A stretch of 61,114 nucleotides of DNA, counting the filler, from an uncultured virus (IMG/VR IMGVR_UViG_2049941000_000596) (taxonomy: Duplodnaviria > Heunggongvirae > Uroviricota > Caudoviricetes). It is 23 parts of one record of this genome, joined end to end, with 100 filler letters (N's around TTAATTAATTAA, not from the genome) between each part and the next. Parts side by side here need not be neighbours in the genome. Positions count along the whole stretch, not along the records: positions 50,593 to 53,480 come from IMGVR_UViG_2049941000_000596; positions 53,581 to 55,108 come from IMGVR_UViG_2049941000_000596; positions 55,209 to 57,045 come from IMGVR_UViG_2049941000_000596; positions 57,146 to 60,184 come from IMGVR_UViG_2049941000_000596; positions 60,285 to 61,114 come from IMGVR_UViG_2049941000_000596; 18 more parts are not named here. One strand, given 5' to 3'. The notes beneath the pieces were generated by a model. It made no database searches. It saw nothing but the letters and a program-made list of their open reading frames with translations, and was not told where the DNA came from. Shown here piece after piece: positions 52,116 to 61,114 of the stretch. Every line of letters begins with the position of its first letter. Position 1 is the first letter of the stretch. Made by a program: the position numbers and the translations under genes.

Positions 52116-52201
52116 ATATTCGCTCTACTCTGCCTATATAGCAAGTTAATTCGGAGGCATAATGTAGACAAAGATTCACAGCTATTATTGTTCATAATAC
52201 A
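52116..52201 (-). promoter_or_regulatory. Repeated operator-promoter unit, copy 6
   Basis: TGTATTATGAACA-N18-TGTCTACATTATG-N13-TTGCTA-N12-AGAGCGAATATG; distal arm overlaps the methylase stop. Confidence 0.7.
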
Positions 52202-52893
52202 GCAGTTTTTGCCGCGTTTTTGACTGCTTCTGCATATGAAATCTTCTGTCCATCCCGGACCAAGAAGATCTGCTCATCGCTGCCGACCTGGGCCAGATAC
52301 CGATTGACGATCACATCAGCATACTTCGGGTCCAGCTCAACCGTATAGCAGATACGCTTCAACTGGTCCGCCGCGATGAGGGTGCTGCCGGAGCCTCCGA
52401 AGGGGTCCAGCACAATGCAGTTGCTCATGGAGCTGTTCTTGATCGGATAGGCGATCAGGTTTACAGGCTTCATCGTCGGGTGCAGATCGTTCTTCTTGGG
52501 TTTATCATATTCCCACACGGTGGTCTGCTTTCGGTCCGCATACCACTGATGCCTGCCGCCCTTCTTCCAGCCAAAAAGGACAGGCTCGTGCAGCCATTGG
52601 TACGGGCTCCGGCCCAGGACCAGACTGTTCTTTTTCCATATGCAGCAGCCTGAAAGATAAAAGCCAGCCTCTTCGAATGCTCTCCGAAAGGCCAGCCCGT
52701 GAGAATCTGAGTGAAAAACATAAATGGACGCGTCGTCCATCATGTTCTGCTCCATATTGACATATGCGGCAAAGAGGAATTTCTCAAACTGCTCCTCCGC
52801 CATTTTATCATTTTTGATCTTCCCGGCAGAGCCTTCATAATCCACATTGTAAGGCGGGTCGGTCACCACCAGATTGGCCTTTCTCCCGGCCAT
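52192..52893 (-). CDS. N6A/N4C DNA methyltransferase domain (C-terminal part of ParB-MTase)
   Basis: TDPPYNV, IWKK, HPTMKPV, VLDPFGGSGST, ELDPKYADVI; variant 46263..46737. Confidence 0.92.
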   Translation of the reverse strand: MAGRKANLVVTDPPYNVDYEGSAGKIKNDKMAEEQFEKFLFAAYVNMEQNMMDDASIYVFHSDSHGLAFRRAFEEAGFYLSGCCIWKKNSLVLGRSPYQWLHEPVLFGWKKGGRHQWYADRKQTTVWEYDKPKKNDLHPTMKPVNLIAYPIKNSSMSNCIVLDPFGGSGSTLIAADQLKRICYTVELDPKYADVIVNRYLAQVGSDEQIFLVRDGQKISYAEAVKNAAKTAVL

Positions 52894-53385
52894 CAGGATA
52901 CCGNNNNNNNNNNCTCAACGATCTCCTTGTCATGAACGGAATTCATGAGCTGCTCGATCTCCGGAGGATCAAAGCCGGTAAAGGTCACATCGAAATCCGA
53001 ATCCTGCAGCTCAGCGATCAGATCGGCCAGCAGCTCCTTGTTCCATTCGCCGGTGATCTTGTTCAGCGCAATGTTCAGGGCACGCTCTTTGGTTTTATCG
53101 ATCTCGATCACGATGCAGTCGATCTCGCTGTAGCCCAGGTCCCTCAGCACGGTCACGCGCTGATGCCCGCCGATGATGGTCATGTCGCTGTTCACGATGA
53201 TCGGCTCACAGTATCCGAATTCCTGAATGCTACGTTTGATCTTCTCATATTCTTTATCTCCGGGTTTCAGGGCCTTCCTCGGATTGTACGAGGCGGGCAC
53301 AAGATCCGCGATCCTGATTTTTCGTAGGTCCATGGATGATCTCCTTTGGGTATAAATAATAACAGCTCCTTCAGGAACTGCATGA

Positions 53386-53438
53386 TTGTACATAATTGGG
53401 TTTTGTGGTATAATCAGCCCGTCAACTCGGGATTTATA
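53386..53438 (+). promoter_or_regulatory. Divergent sigma-A promoter + 18-bp site (variant 3)
   Basis: TTGTAC-17-TATAAT with extended TG, then GTCAAC-TCGGGA-TTTATA. Confidence 0.75.
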
Positions 53439-53580
53439 GGGATGATCATTTCTCTTATAAACAGGCACTAAGATGCGAGGNNNNNNNNNNNNNNNNNNNN
53501 NNNNNNNNNNNNNNNNNNNNNNNNTTAATTAATTAANNNNNNNNNNNNNNNNNNNNNNNNNNNNNNNNNNNNNNNNNNNN

Positions 53581-53850
53581 TAGGGCACGCACCTCATCGA
53601 CGGAGCGGACAACTGCCGCGGTCCCGCCTGCAGCGAGGATTTTCCGGATCGTCACAGTCTGAAGGGCTGTCGGCTTTCCTTTATCGGTCTTCACTTCAAA
53701 ACCGAAGAAGTGACCTTCAATGCAGGCGATGATGTCCGGGATGCCTGCTGTCCCGTACTGCCCGCCGTGCTCTTTCCAGAAGAAGCAGTTGGGCACAGTT
53801 TTCAGGTAATTCCTGATCTTTGCAACAATGTCTTTCTCCAGCATTTTCAT
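53581..53850 (-). CDS. VRR-NUC domain nuclease
   Basis: GIPDII, FEVK...GKPTALQ, GG.AAVVRSVDEV; variant 60893..61114. Confidence 0.88.
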
Positions 53851-53866
53851 GCCGCCTTTCTTCCAC

Positions 53867-54020
53867 AGAAGGTAACCAGTAACCGCGTAACCCCCAAAAA
53901 TAGAGGTTCATATATATTCACGCGCACACGCGCACGCACGCGAATGAAAAAATCGCTCTCGCGTGAAAGCTCTAAAATAGAGGTTTCTGCGGTTACCTTC
54001 TTAAAAAGGTTACCTTAACC
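53867..54020. other. Candidate replication origin
   Basis: Iterated GTAAC/GTTAC, inverted AGAAGGTAACC/GGTTACCTTCT, direct AAAATAGAGGTT, central alternating purine-pyrimidine tract; directly after primase-helicase. Confidence 0.5.
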
Positions 54021-54030
54021 GTTGTGTATC

Positions 54031-55108
54031 TCATAACAGAGGAACGGCATCGTCGATATCAAAACCTGTGACGTCGCAGCGCTCCATCAGCAGGCCATAG
54101 TTGATCACCCAGAACTTGGCGTTGACGCCGTTCAGCTTCTTCTGCACGTTTGCCTGAATGAAGATGTCCGAGTGGCTGAGCTGCTTCTTGAATTGGGCGT
54201 AGGTCAGCACTTCCCCGACGATCGCGTAGTCTTTCCGGTACTTCGTGTACTTGTCATAGACCGAGGACAGCCGGATAAAAAGCTGCGTGCGATCGTCACT
54301 CAGGCAGTAGTCCACCTTCGGGTCCAGGCCCATGCGGCTCATGATCTCAAAGGTCTGCTCCACGACGCTGGTGTTGTTGATGCCGCCGTCCAGCAGGTAT
54401 TCCTTCGCGCCGTACTCCAGATAGCGGATGCAGGCGTCAAAGCTGTACGGGAACACATCGGACCATGACAGCCCTGCCCTCGTACACATAGCCTCGACCA
54501 GCTTCAGCCCTGCATGGCAGCAGGCCAGGTTGCTGATCACCCTGCTGGGCATCTCCTTCGTAAAGACGCCGAGTCCATCCTTATACCAGGACGCCGCTTC
54601 CTCCGGCTGTATGCGCAGCGCTGTATCCAGCAGCGTCCGGCCCAGATCCTGCAGCGTCTTTTCGTTTGCCTCAATCCGGCGAAAGCACGCTGCCTGATCG
54701 GGTTTCTTCAGATCCTTCTTGGAAAACAGGAGCTCCACGCTGCGTTCCCGGATTGCCGCCTCGTCCGGCGACTCCTCCCCNNNNNNNNNNAAGCTCCACG
54801 CTGCGTTCTCGGATTGCCGCCTCGTCCGGCGACTCCTCCCCTGCCGTTACCAGTGGAGCCAGCAGGTGATAAACGATCATGGTCTGATCTGCCCGGCCGC
54901 GGACGCCATCATGGCCGTCATAGCTGTCGCGGAAATGGTTATAGAGGGCGTTGATCTTCAGCCGGTCGATCTTGGACGGCTTGAACTCGTCCAGCGCCAT
55001 AGGCACCAGATTGGAAGAAGCGCTCTCCTTCATCAGCGTAAACTGCGTCACCTGGGTCGCCGCGGTCACCCTGCTCGTAGAGAAGATCGGCAGCACCACT
55101 TTTTCCAA
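54031..55108 (-). CDS. Primase-helicase C-terminal fragments
   Basis: RDSYDGH.GVRGRADQ, APLVTAGE, ends ...DAVPLL stop; variant 60556..60762. Confidence 0.7.
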
Positions 55109-55208
55109 NNNNNNNNNNNNNNNNNNNNNNNNNNNNNNNNNNNNNNNNNNNNTTAATTAATTAANNNNNNNNNNNNNNNNNNNNNNNNNNNNNNNNNNNN
55201 NNNNNNNN

Positions 55209-56084
55209 ATCCACCGACGGGGAGTATTTCTCGGTCATTTTCAAAACCGGGAGCTCCAGCACGTTGTACAGGTAATTCTTGAATGCGCCGGTGCTGCAGT
55301 TGTCGCCGATCTCAACGCCGCCGATCATCTCTGCGATCTCCGCCCGCAGGCGATCGATATTGCTGTCCGCATTTGTCTTTGCCGCCTGCATTGCCGGGAT
55401 GTCCACGGGGATGCCGCTGCATTTCATGATGCCGACAAAGACCGCTGTCGGGGATTCGAGGTTCTCTACGATCCAGCGATGCCGCGGCAGATAGCGGTCA
55501 AACCACTCATTGAACCGGTGATACAGCCGAAGTGCAAAATCGCTGTCGGCGCAGGAGTAGCGGATCGTCTCCGGGTCGGCCGGGTCCAGCTCGTCAAAGT
55601 GCCTGCCCGCGGTCACTGCAGTGAAAGACGGCAGCGGCTCATGGCAGAGGTTCAGCGCCAGCGTCTTCAGGCCGGAGTCTGACAGGGAGCGAAACTCCAT
55701 AGGCGCTTTCAGGGTAAGCTGGCTGGCCGCGATGGTGTCATACACAGGCGGCTGAACCACGATCCCCTGCTTATAGCTGAACATCGCCTCAAAGGCCAGG
55801 TTGTGGGCGATCTTGGTTATGCTGCTGTCAGTCAGGAAGCGGCGAAGAAAGCTGTAGAATTCATCCTTCGGCATGTTCTCCCCGATCAGATGCTGCACTG
55901 GAATCATGATGCCGGTAAACGGCTCAACCGACAGGGACATGGTGCAGATATGGGATTTTGCAGGATCAAGGGCTGCGCGGTCCTCATTGCGATAGTCCAG
56001 GTCAGGNNNNNNNNNNATCTTGTGGTCGCCGATATATGCCTGGATCTCCGCGAGGGTCTTCACAACACGATATTCTGTATTCAT
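55209..56084 (-). CDS. Family A DNA polymerase, N-terminal exonuclease region
   Basis: KIAHNLAFE, VYDT, GLKTLA, YSCADSD, LESP; overlaps in text with 49190..49468. Confidence 0.8.
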
Positions 56085-56149
56085 AATGATGTCCTTTTCC
56101 GGCTCTGCCGGAGGACGGGATGGTCCCGCCCTCGGCTTTGCCTTTTTTA

Positions 56150-57045
56150 TCAGGTCAGGGCTTCGATCACTTCGCCGGTCTCAGGATCGGCCATCGGAAG
56201 ATCGTCGTACTGCTGCATCTGCGCCACCGTCAGGCCGGACGCATAGGTCTTCGCCTGCTCGATCACCGGCGCGATCGCCGCCTGCTCTGCAGGGTCAAGC
56301 GTACGCTCACAAGAGAACACGCACTGGCTGTAGCCGATGCCGCCAGCATTGGTGGCCTTCTTCAGGGTGATCTTCGTCACAACGCTTGAGAGCCTGCGGC
56401 CCTTGGACAGGTTGCGCTTCAGGTAGTCGGTGAAGGGCTTCAGGCTGCCGGTCGGCAGCGCAAAGAGCTGCGGGAGCAGTTCCCCNNNNNNNNNNTTTCA
56501 GGGTGATCTTAGTCACCACACTGGAGAGCCTGCGGCCCTTGGACAGGTTGCGCTTCAGGTAATCTGTGAAAGGCTTCAGGCTGCCGGTCGGCAGCGCAAA
56601 GAGCTGCGGGAGCAGTTCCCCTTCGGGGAGGATGTACAGCAGGCGCTTGTTTTTACACGCCTTCGCCTGACCGCCGCCAGAGCCAAACTGGTTATACGGG
56701 CAGGTGGCGCATTCCTGGCCGGTGCTGCCGGTCACGCCGTCGTAGCTGCCGCAGTCGGGAGGATTCTGCCCGCCGACGTAGGCATCCTTGTAGTAGCTGT
56801 TCGCCGGATGCTGCAGGACGATTACCCCGCGGAGCTCCTTCACCATCTCGCTCTCCCCGTTCTCGCCGGGGACCTCGAACACCGGGCTTGCCGCAGACGG
56901 GATCTTCACNNNNNNNNNNGTCCTTGTAGTAGCTGTTCGCCGGATGCTGCAGGACAATTACCCCGCGGAGCTCCTTCACCATCTCGCTCTCCCCATTCTC
57001 GCCGGGGACCTCGAACACCGGGCTTGCCGCAGACGGGATCTTCAC
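56150..57045 (-). CDS. Putative ssDNA-binding/replication protein, variant fragments
   Basis: PPDCGSYDG, CATCPYNQFGS, KACKNKR, LPTGSLK, acidic tail ADPETGEVIE; upstream of PolA. Confidence 0.55.
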
Positions 57046-57145
57046 NNNNNNNNNNNNNNNNNNNNNNNNNNNNNNNNNNNNNNNNNNNNTTAATTAATTA
57101 ANNNNNNNNNNNNNNNNNNNNNNNNNNNNNNNNNNNNNNNNNNNN

Positions 57146-57564
57146 TTACGCCACGCACATACGGGCTGACGGAGACATGTTTACAGGAGTCGGCAACAAC
57201 GCTGTACAGAAGCCTCAGCTTGCCGTCAAAAGCAGAGTTGCTCTTCGGATTCGTCGCGCATACCGGACTTGCGCTGGTATCGTTGTTATACTGGTTCTCT
57301 TCCACGATATACAGCTCATAATCACTGCCGCTGTAAGAATTGTAATTCACGTTTGCGAGATAAATCAGTGTGTCCTCAGCTATGCGCGTGTGGAACATGT
57401 CCCCACCGATACTGCAGTAAGGCCCGTCCGGGTTGAAGAAGGAGTTAAAGTAAACGTCTCCGTTCTCGTACCGGAAAAGTGGATGAGATGTGGTACCGTC
57501 GCCGTATGGCTTCACCGTTGCCAAAGCACCCTGCGTCTCCTTCTCCCAGCTTCTATTGGAAAAC
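57146..57564 (-). CDS. Hypothetical protein fragment
   Basis: Open frame across the contig; no recognised motif. Confidence 0.35.
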
Positions 57565-57601
57565 NNNNNNNNNNTAACTTCTCAGTCAGCTCCTCGGCTG
57601 G

Positions 57602-57820
57602 TTACGGGGCTTGTCGAGATAATTCCCTTCCCATATTCGTCATGTTAAGTTTCTTTGCTGCCTCTACCTGAGAAACCACGTCAGGCCACGGTACGGTCTC
57701 GTACTCGTTTTTCCCCGTCTTGACCTGAATCGCAACATCATCGCCGTCCACAAGCACATCGAAAAGGCGCGGCGGGACGGGCTTGGTGCTGCTAAGATTG
57801 CGCACTGGCTTTTTTACCAT
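57602..57820 (-). CDS. Small hypothetical protein
   Basis: 72 aa directly after HTH gene, RBS GAGGGGG. Confidence 0.5.
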   Translation of the reverse strand: MVKKPVRNLSSTKPVPPRLFDVLVDGDDVAIQVKTGKNEYETVPWPDVVSQVEAAKKLNMTNMGRELSRQAP

Positions 57821-57832
57821 TGGCTGCCCCCC

Positions 57833-58856
57833 TCACTCTTTCTGAGAAAGGTAGAGCTTCACCATGAAGCGCATATCGGAGGACAGATGCGCATCGAGCT
57901 CCATGGACTGAATCATTTTATACAGCGCTTCAGCCCTTCCAGCGAGTCGCAAGAACGGATCATCATGGGTGTACAGGACTTTCTCCCAGGCTGGTTCTTC
58001 ATCAGGCACAGATGATGGCGTGTTATCATAAAGCATTATGAGATCATACTGCTTCTCGTCGGAGCCCTCCTTGGTGAAGGGAACGATCATGAGCGCCTGC
58101 TCCTCTTCCATAAACTCGCCGGTGACCATGATGTCGTCAGTCAGGACCCATTTCATCTTCTTATTCAAATGATCTGGGTGGTAGATGCAGCTACTATCAG
58201 TCTGTTCAAAGAGGCCAAGGTCTGTAAGGCGCTCATCCAGATAGCACATGACGCCGCCAGCATTTTCCCAACTAAGCTCACCTGACTCCGTCTGCCGAAT
58301 GAGCTTATCGAGAAACTGCATCAGCAGTGCGGTGTTGCCCTTGACCTCCTCTAGCTTGTTCCCAATCAGGTCCTGGACACTGACGTTAAACAGCTTGGCA
58401 ATCTTCCACACCACGTCGATGCTCATTTTCTTCAGTGAGTTTTCCTTTGCAGTGCGAGAGATATACCCGGCGCTGATTCCCGCGTACCGCTCCAACTCGC
58501 CTACCCGGATGTCGTATCTGCGGCAGAGGTAGTCAATGTTGGCCACGAGAATGCTGTTGTCAAAGTTACCGAGGTTNNNNNNNNNNTAGGTAGTCAATGT
58601 TGGCCACGAGAATGCTGTTGTCAAAGTTACCGAGGTTCTCGACATAGTCGCGGATATAACCTTCTTGCTCTTCCAGCAACTCATACACAGAGCCCGGGTC
58701 CTCATCGTTCGGGACTGTATTTGCAGCGTAAGTGAGCTTGTCTTTCATTTTCACGGCTTCGAGAAGCTCCTCAAAAGAGCTTGGATCAATAGCATGGAGC
58801 GTCTCTCCGTTGATCACGATATCGTCGCCGTGAGCCTCATCATACTGTCGGGACAT
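57833..58856 (-). CDS. XRE-type HTH protein, allele A (two overlapping pieces)
   Basis: IRVGELERYAGISAGYISRT...SIDVVWKIAKLFNVS; start MSRQYD with RBS GAGGAGG. Confidence 0.7.
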
Positions 58857-58990
58857 AATACCCCTCCTCATCGTTTCTGCCGCTATTGTACTACTTGTAC
58901 CATAGAATGTCAATGGTTCAATAGTTCTTTTCAATTCGTTCTTTGTAAACAATTTATGTCCTTCCAATATTTTATGGTCCATGCTCCGCC

Positions 58991-59257
58991 TTAGGAATAC
59001 ATCAGCCCCGGCATCTTCACGCTGTCTCTGCCGTCATCCGGCATTTTCAGATCCTGCAGCAACGTCGCATAGGTCAGCGCCCTCTTGCCATATCTGCTGC
59101 GGACATCCTCGATCGCGTCCTGCAGGCGCTCCATCTTGGCACGCTTCTCAGCATCGTCGAATAGCGTCATCTGATCCGGCAGGGCCTTCGGTGCGAGGTC
59201 GATCGCGCGGATGCAGACCGCCCTGACATGATTATTCCACTTGTAGCGTTCCTGAAA
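58991..59257 (-). CDS. Y-family DNA polymerase (DinB/UmuC-like), C-terminal fragment
   Basis: Manual translation ...VRAVCIRAIDL...DQMTLFDD...LQDAIEDVRSRYGKRAL...GLMYS stop; QMTLF clamp-binding motif; variant 60043..60184. Confidence 0.75.
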   Translation of the reverse strand, partial: FQERYKWNNHVRAVCIRAIDLAPKALPDQMTLFDDAEKRAKMERLQDAIEDVRSRYGKRALTYATLLQDLKMPDDGRDSVKMPGLMYS

Positions 59258-59646
59258 NNNNNNNNNNATCGATGCTCATTTTCTTCAGTGAGTTTTCCTT
59301 TGCAGTGCGAGAGATATANNNNNNNNNNATGCCGCGTTTTTGACTGCTTCTGCATATGAAATCTTCTGTCCATCCCGGANNNNNNNNNNGACCGCCCTTC
59401 TTCCAGCCAAAGAGCACGGGCTCGTGCAGCCATTGATACGGGCTGCGGCCAAGCACCAGACTGTTCTTTTTCCATATGCAGCAGCCGGAAAGATAAAAGC
59501 CAGCCTCTTNNNNNNNNNNGCTGACGTTAAACAGCTTAGCGATCTTCCATACCACGTCGATGCTCATCTTTTTCAGTGAGTTTTCCTTCGCGGTGCGTGA
59601 GATGTATCCGGCGCTGATTCCAGCATACCGCTCCAGNNNNNNNNNN

Positions 59647-59888
59647 GTAGGCGTCATGGCCTCCAAGTCCGTGCAGGCCAGGGTGTCCATCGAAACGTCA
59701 AGCTGCTCCGACAAAGCCGCCAGCAGCTCGATGCTGATCTTCGTCGTATTATCATCCTTCGACAGCCTCGACAGATAGCCAGCGCTGACACCAACGGCCT
59801 GCTCCAGCTGCCCGATCTTGATTTTCTTTCTATCGATCAAAATGCCCAGATTCTTCAGGCAGATTTTCTTATCATAAACCTTGCTCAT
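59647..59888 (-). CDS. XRE-type HTH protein, allele B (partial)
   Basis: IKIGQLEQAVGVSAGYLSRL...SIELLAALSEQLDVS. Confidence 0.7.
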
Positions 59889-60285
59889 GGCAAACACCTC
59901 TCTTTTGAGATGTCTGTATTATAGTTGAAGCCTTTGAAAAAGTCAAGAGGCATTTGAACTGAAATTGTTTTCTTGAAAGAATGTTTACATTTATGAAGAT
60001 TTTCTTTCCTTTTTGAAAAAGACCTTTCCCATGAGCAATATCTCAGCTGTACATCAGCCCCGGCATCTTGACGCTGTCTCTGCCGTCATCCGGCATTTTC
60101 AGATCCTTCAGCAACGTAGCATAGGTCAGCGCCCTCTTCCCATACCGGCTGCGGACATCTTCGATCGCATCCTGCCGGCGCTCCNNNNNNNNNNNNNNNN
60201 NNNNNNNNNNNNNNNNNNNNNNNNNNNNTTAATTAATTAANNNNNNNNNNNNNNNNNNNNNNNNNNNNNNNNNNNNNNNNNNNNT

Positions 60286-60545
60286 GGAATAGCTTCAGTT
60301 TGTAAGTTAAAAAACAGCTTATTTCCAAATTCCGATATAAAGCCAGGGTTCCTTCTTTCGACTAACCTTATAAGGTGCTGGTATTGTGATTCATTCAGTT
60401 TTGTAATGGCATTAGTGTTGCTGATTTTTACAATGGTTTTGAACTCACTAATATCAACGGGATTGTCAAGGAGAATCATGTTCCTTATCTTTGCGCCCCA
60501 GCCGGGATATGTAGCGTCGTCACTTCTTTTGTATGGGTCCGCATG
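60286..60545 (-). CDS. Low-GC hypothetical protein fragment
   Basis: Open frame HADPYKRSDDATYPGWG...LDNPVDISEF; AT-rich. Confidence 0.35.
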
Positions 60546-61114
60546 NNNNNNNNNNACCATCCTTATACCAGGACACCGCTTCCTCCGGCTGTATGCGCAG
60601 CGCCGTATCCAGCAGCGTCCGGCCAAGATCCTGCAGCGTCTTTTCGTTTGCCTCAATCCGGCGAAAGCAGGCAGCTTGATCGGGTCTTTTCAGATCCTTC
60701 TTTGAAAACAGAAGCTCCACGCTGCGTTCCCGGATTGCCGCCTCGTCCGGCGACTCCTCCCCNNNNNNNNNNGCATCTGCTCAGGCGGGATTCTCGTCTC
60801 ACGGGCCATACCTTGGACCTCACTTTCATAGGTATTTCTTTTCCCGCTTCGAATCTTTATATCTCAGAGTCCTGGACTCGTTGTGTTCTTCGTTATCTTT
60901 GCAGAGCACCCTCAATCAGGGCACGCACCTCATCGACGGAGCGGACAACAGCCGCGGTCCCGCCTGCAGCGAGGATTTTCCGGATCGTCACAGTCTGGAG
61001 GGCTGTTGGCTTTCCTTTATCGGTCTTCACTTCGAAACCGAAGAAGTGGCCTTCTATGCAGGCAATGATGTCCGGGATGCCTGCGGTCCCGTACTGCCCG
61101 CCGTGCTCTTTCCA

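Larger units (their letters stand above)
1..61114. mobile_element. Fragmented temperate siphophage/prophage (several strain variants co-assembled), probable Clostridia host
   Basis: Terminase, portal, capsid, head-tail, tail, tape measure, holin/endolysin, serine recombinases and replication genes are all present; many genes occur 2-4 times with mostly synonymous differences. Confidence 0.93.

Noticed and set aside
14565..60240. Recurrent TTAATTAATTAA as a biological repeat or CRISPR
   Set aside because: Always embedded in fixed-length N runs; an artificial contig linker
1..61114. tRNA, rRNA, riboswitch or recoded genetic code
   Set aside because: No such RNA structures recognised by eye; intact genes read normally with the standard code. 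A covariance-model scan was not possible

Overview
The window is a heavily fragmented assembly of a temperate HK97-like siphophage/prophage population, most consistent with a Clostridia host. Short contigs are joined by 10-N spacers, estimated N gaps and artificial N..TTAATTAATTAA..N linkers. Only ~1-9.9 kb is contiguous. On the minus strand it reads: tail fibre and minor tail genes, holin, CHAP endolysin, a Cys-rich zinc-finger protein, then two tandem large serine recombinases. The rest holds multiple near-identical strain variants of tail, head, terminase, HNH, MetK, ParB-DNA methylase, PolA, primase-helicase, SNF2, VRR-NUC, an S24 repressor/Y-family polymerase module, small accessory genes and relaxase fragments. 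Two non-coding systems stand out. (1) An 18-bp quasi-palindromic site, GACAAM-T(N4)R-TTTRNC, lies directly after sigma-A-type promoters and after accessory gene ends. Strain variants are alike before it and unrelated after it, an integron-like pattern seen at two separate phage loci. (2) A ~90-bp regulatory unit (13-bp inverted arms, exact 18-bp spacer, helically phased TTGMTA-N12-AGAG core) precedes six small accessory genes, and its core also precedes the recombinase operon. Gene order outside the first ~10 kb is uncertain because of the fragmentation.
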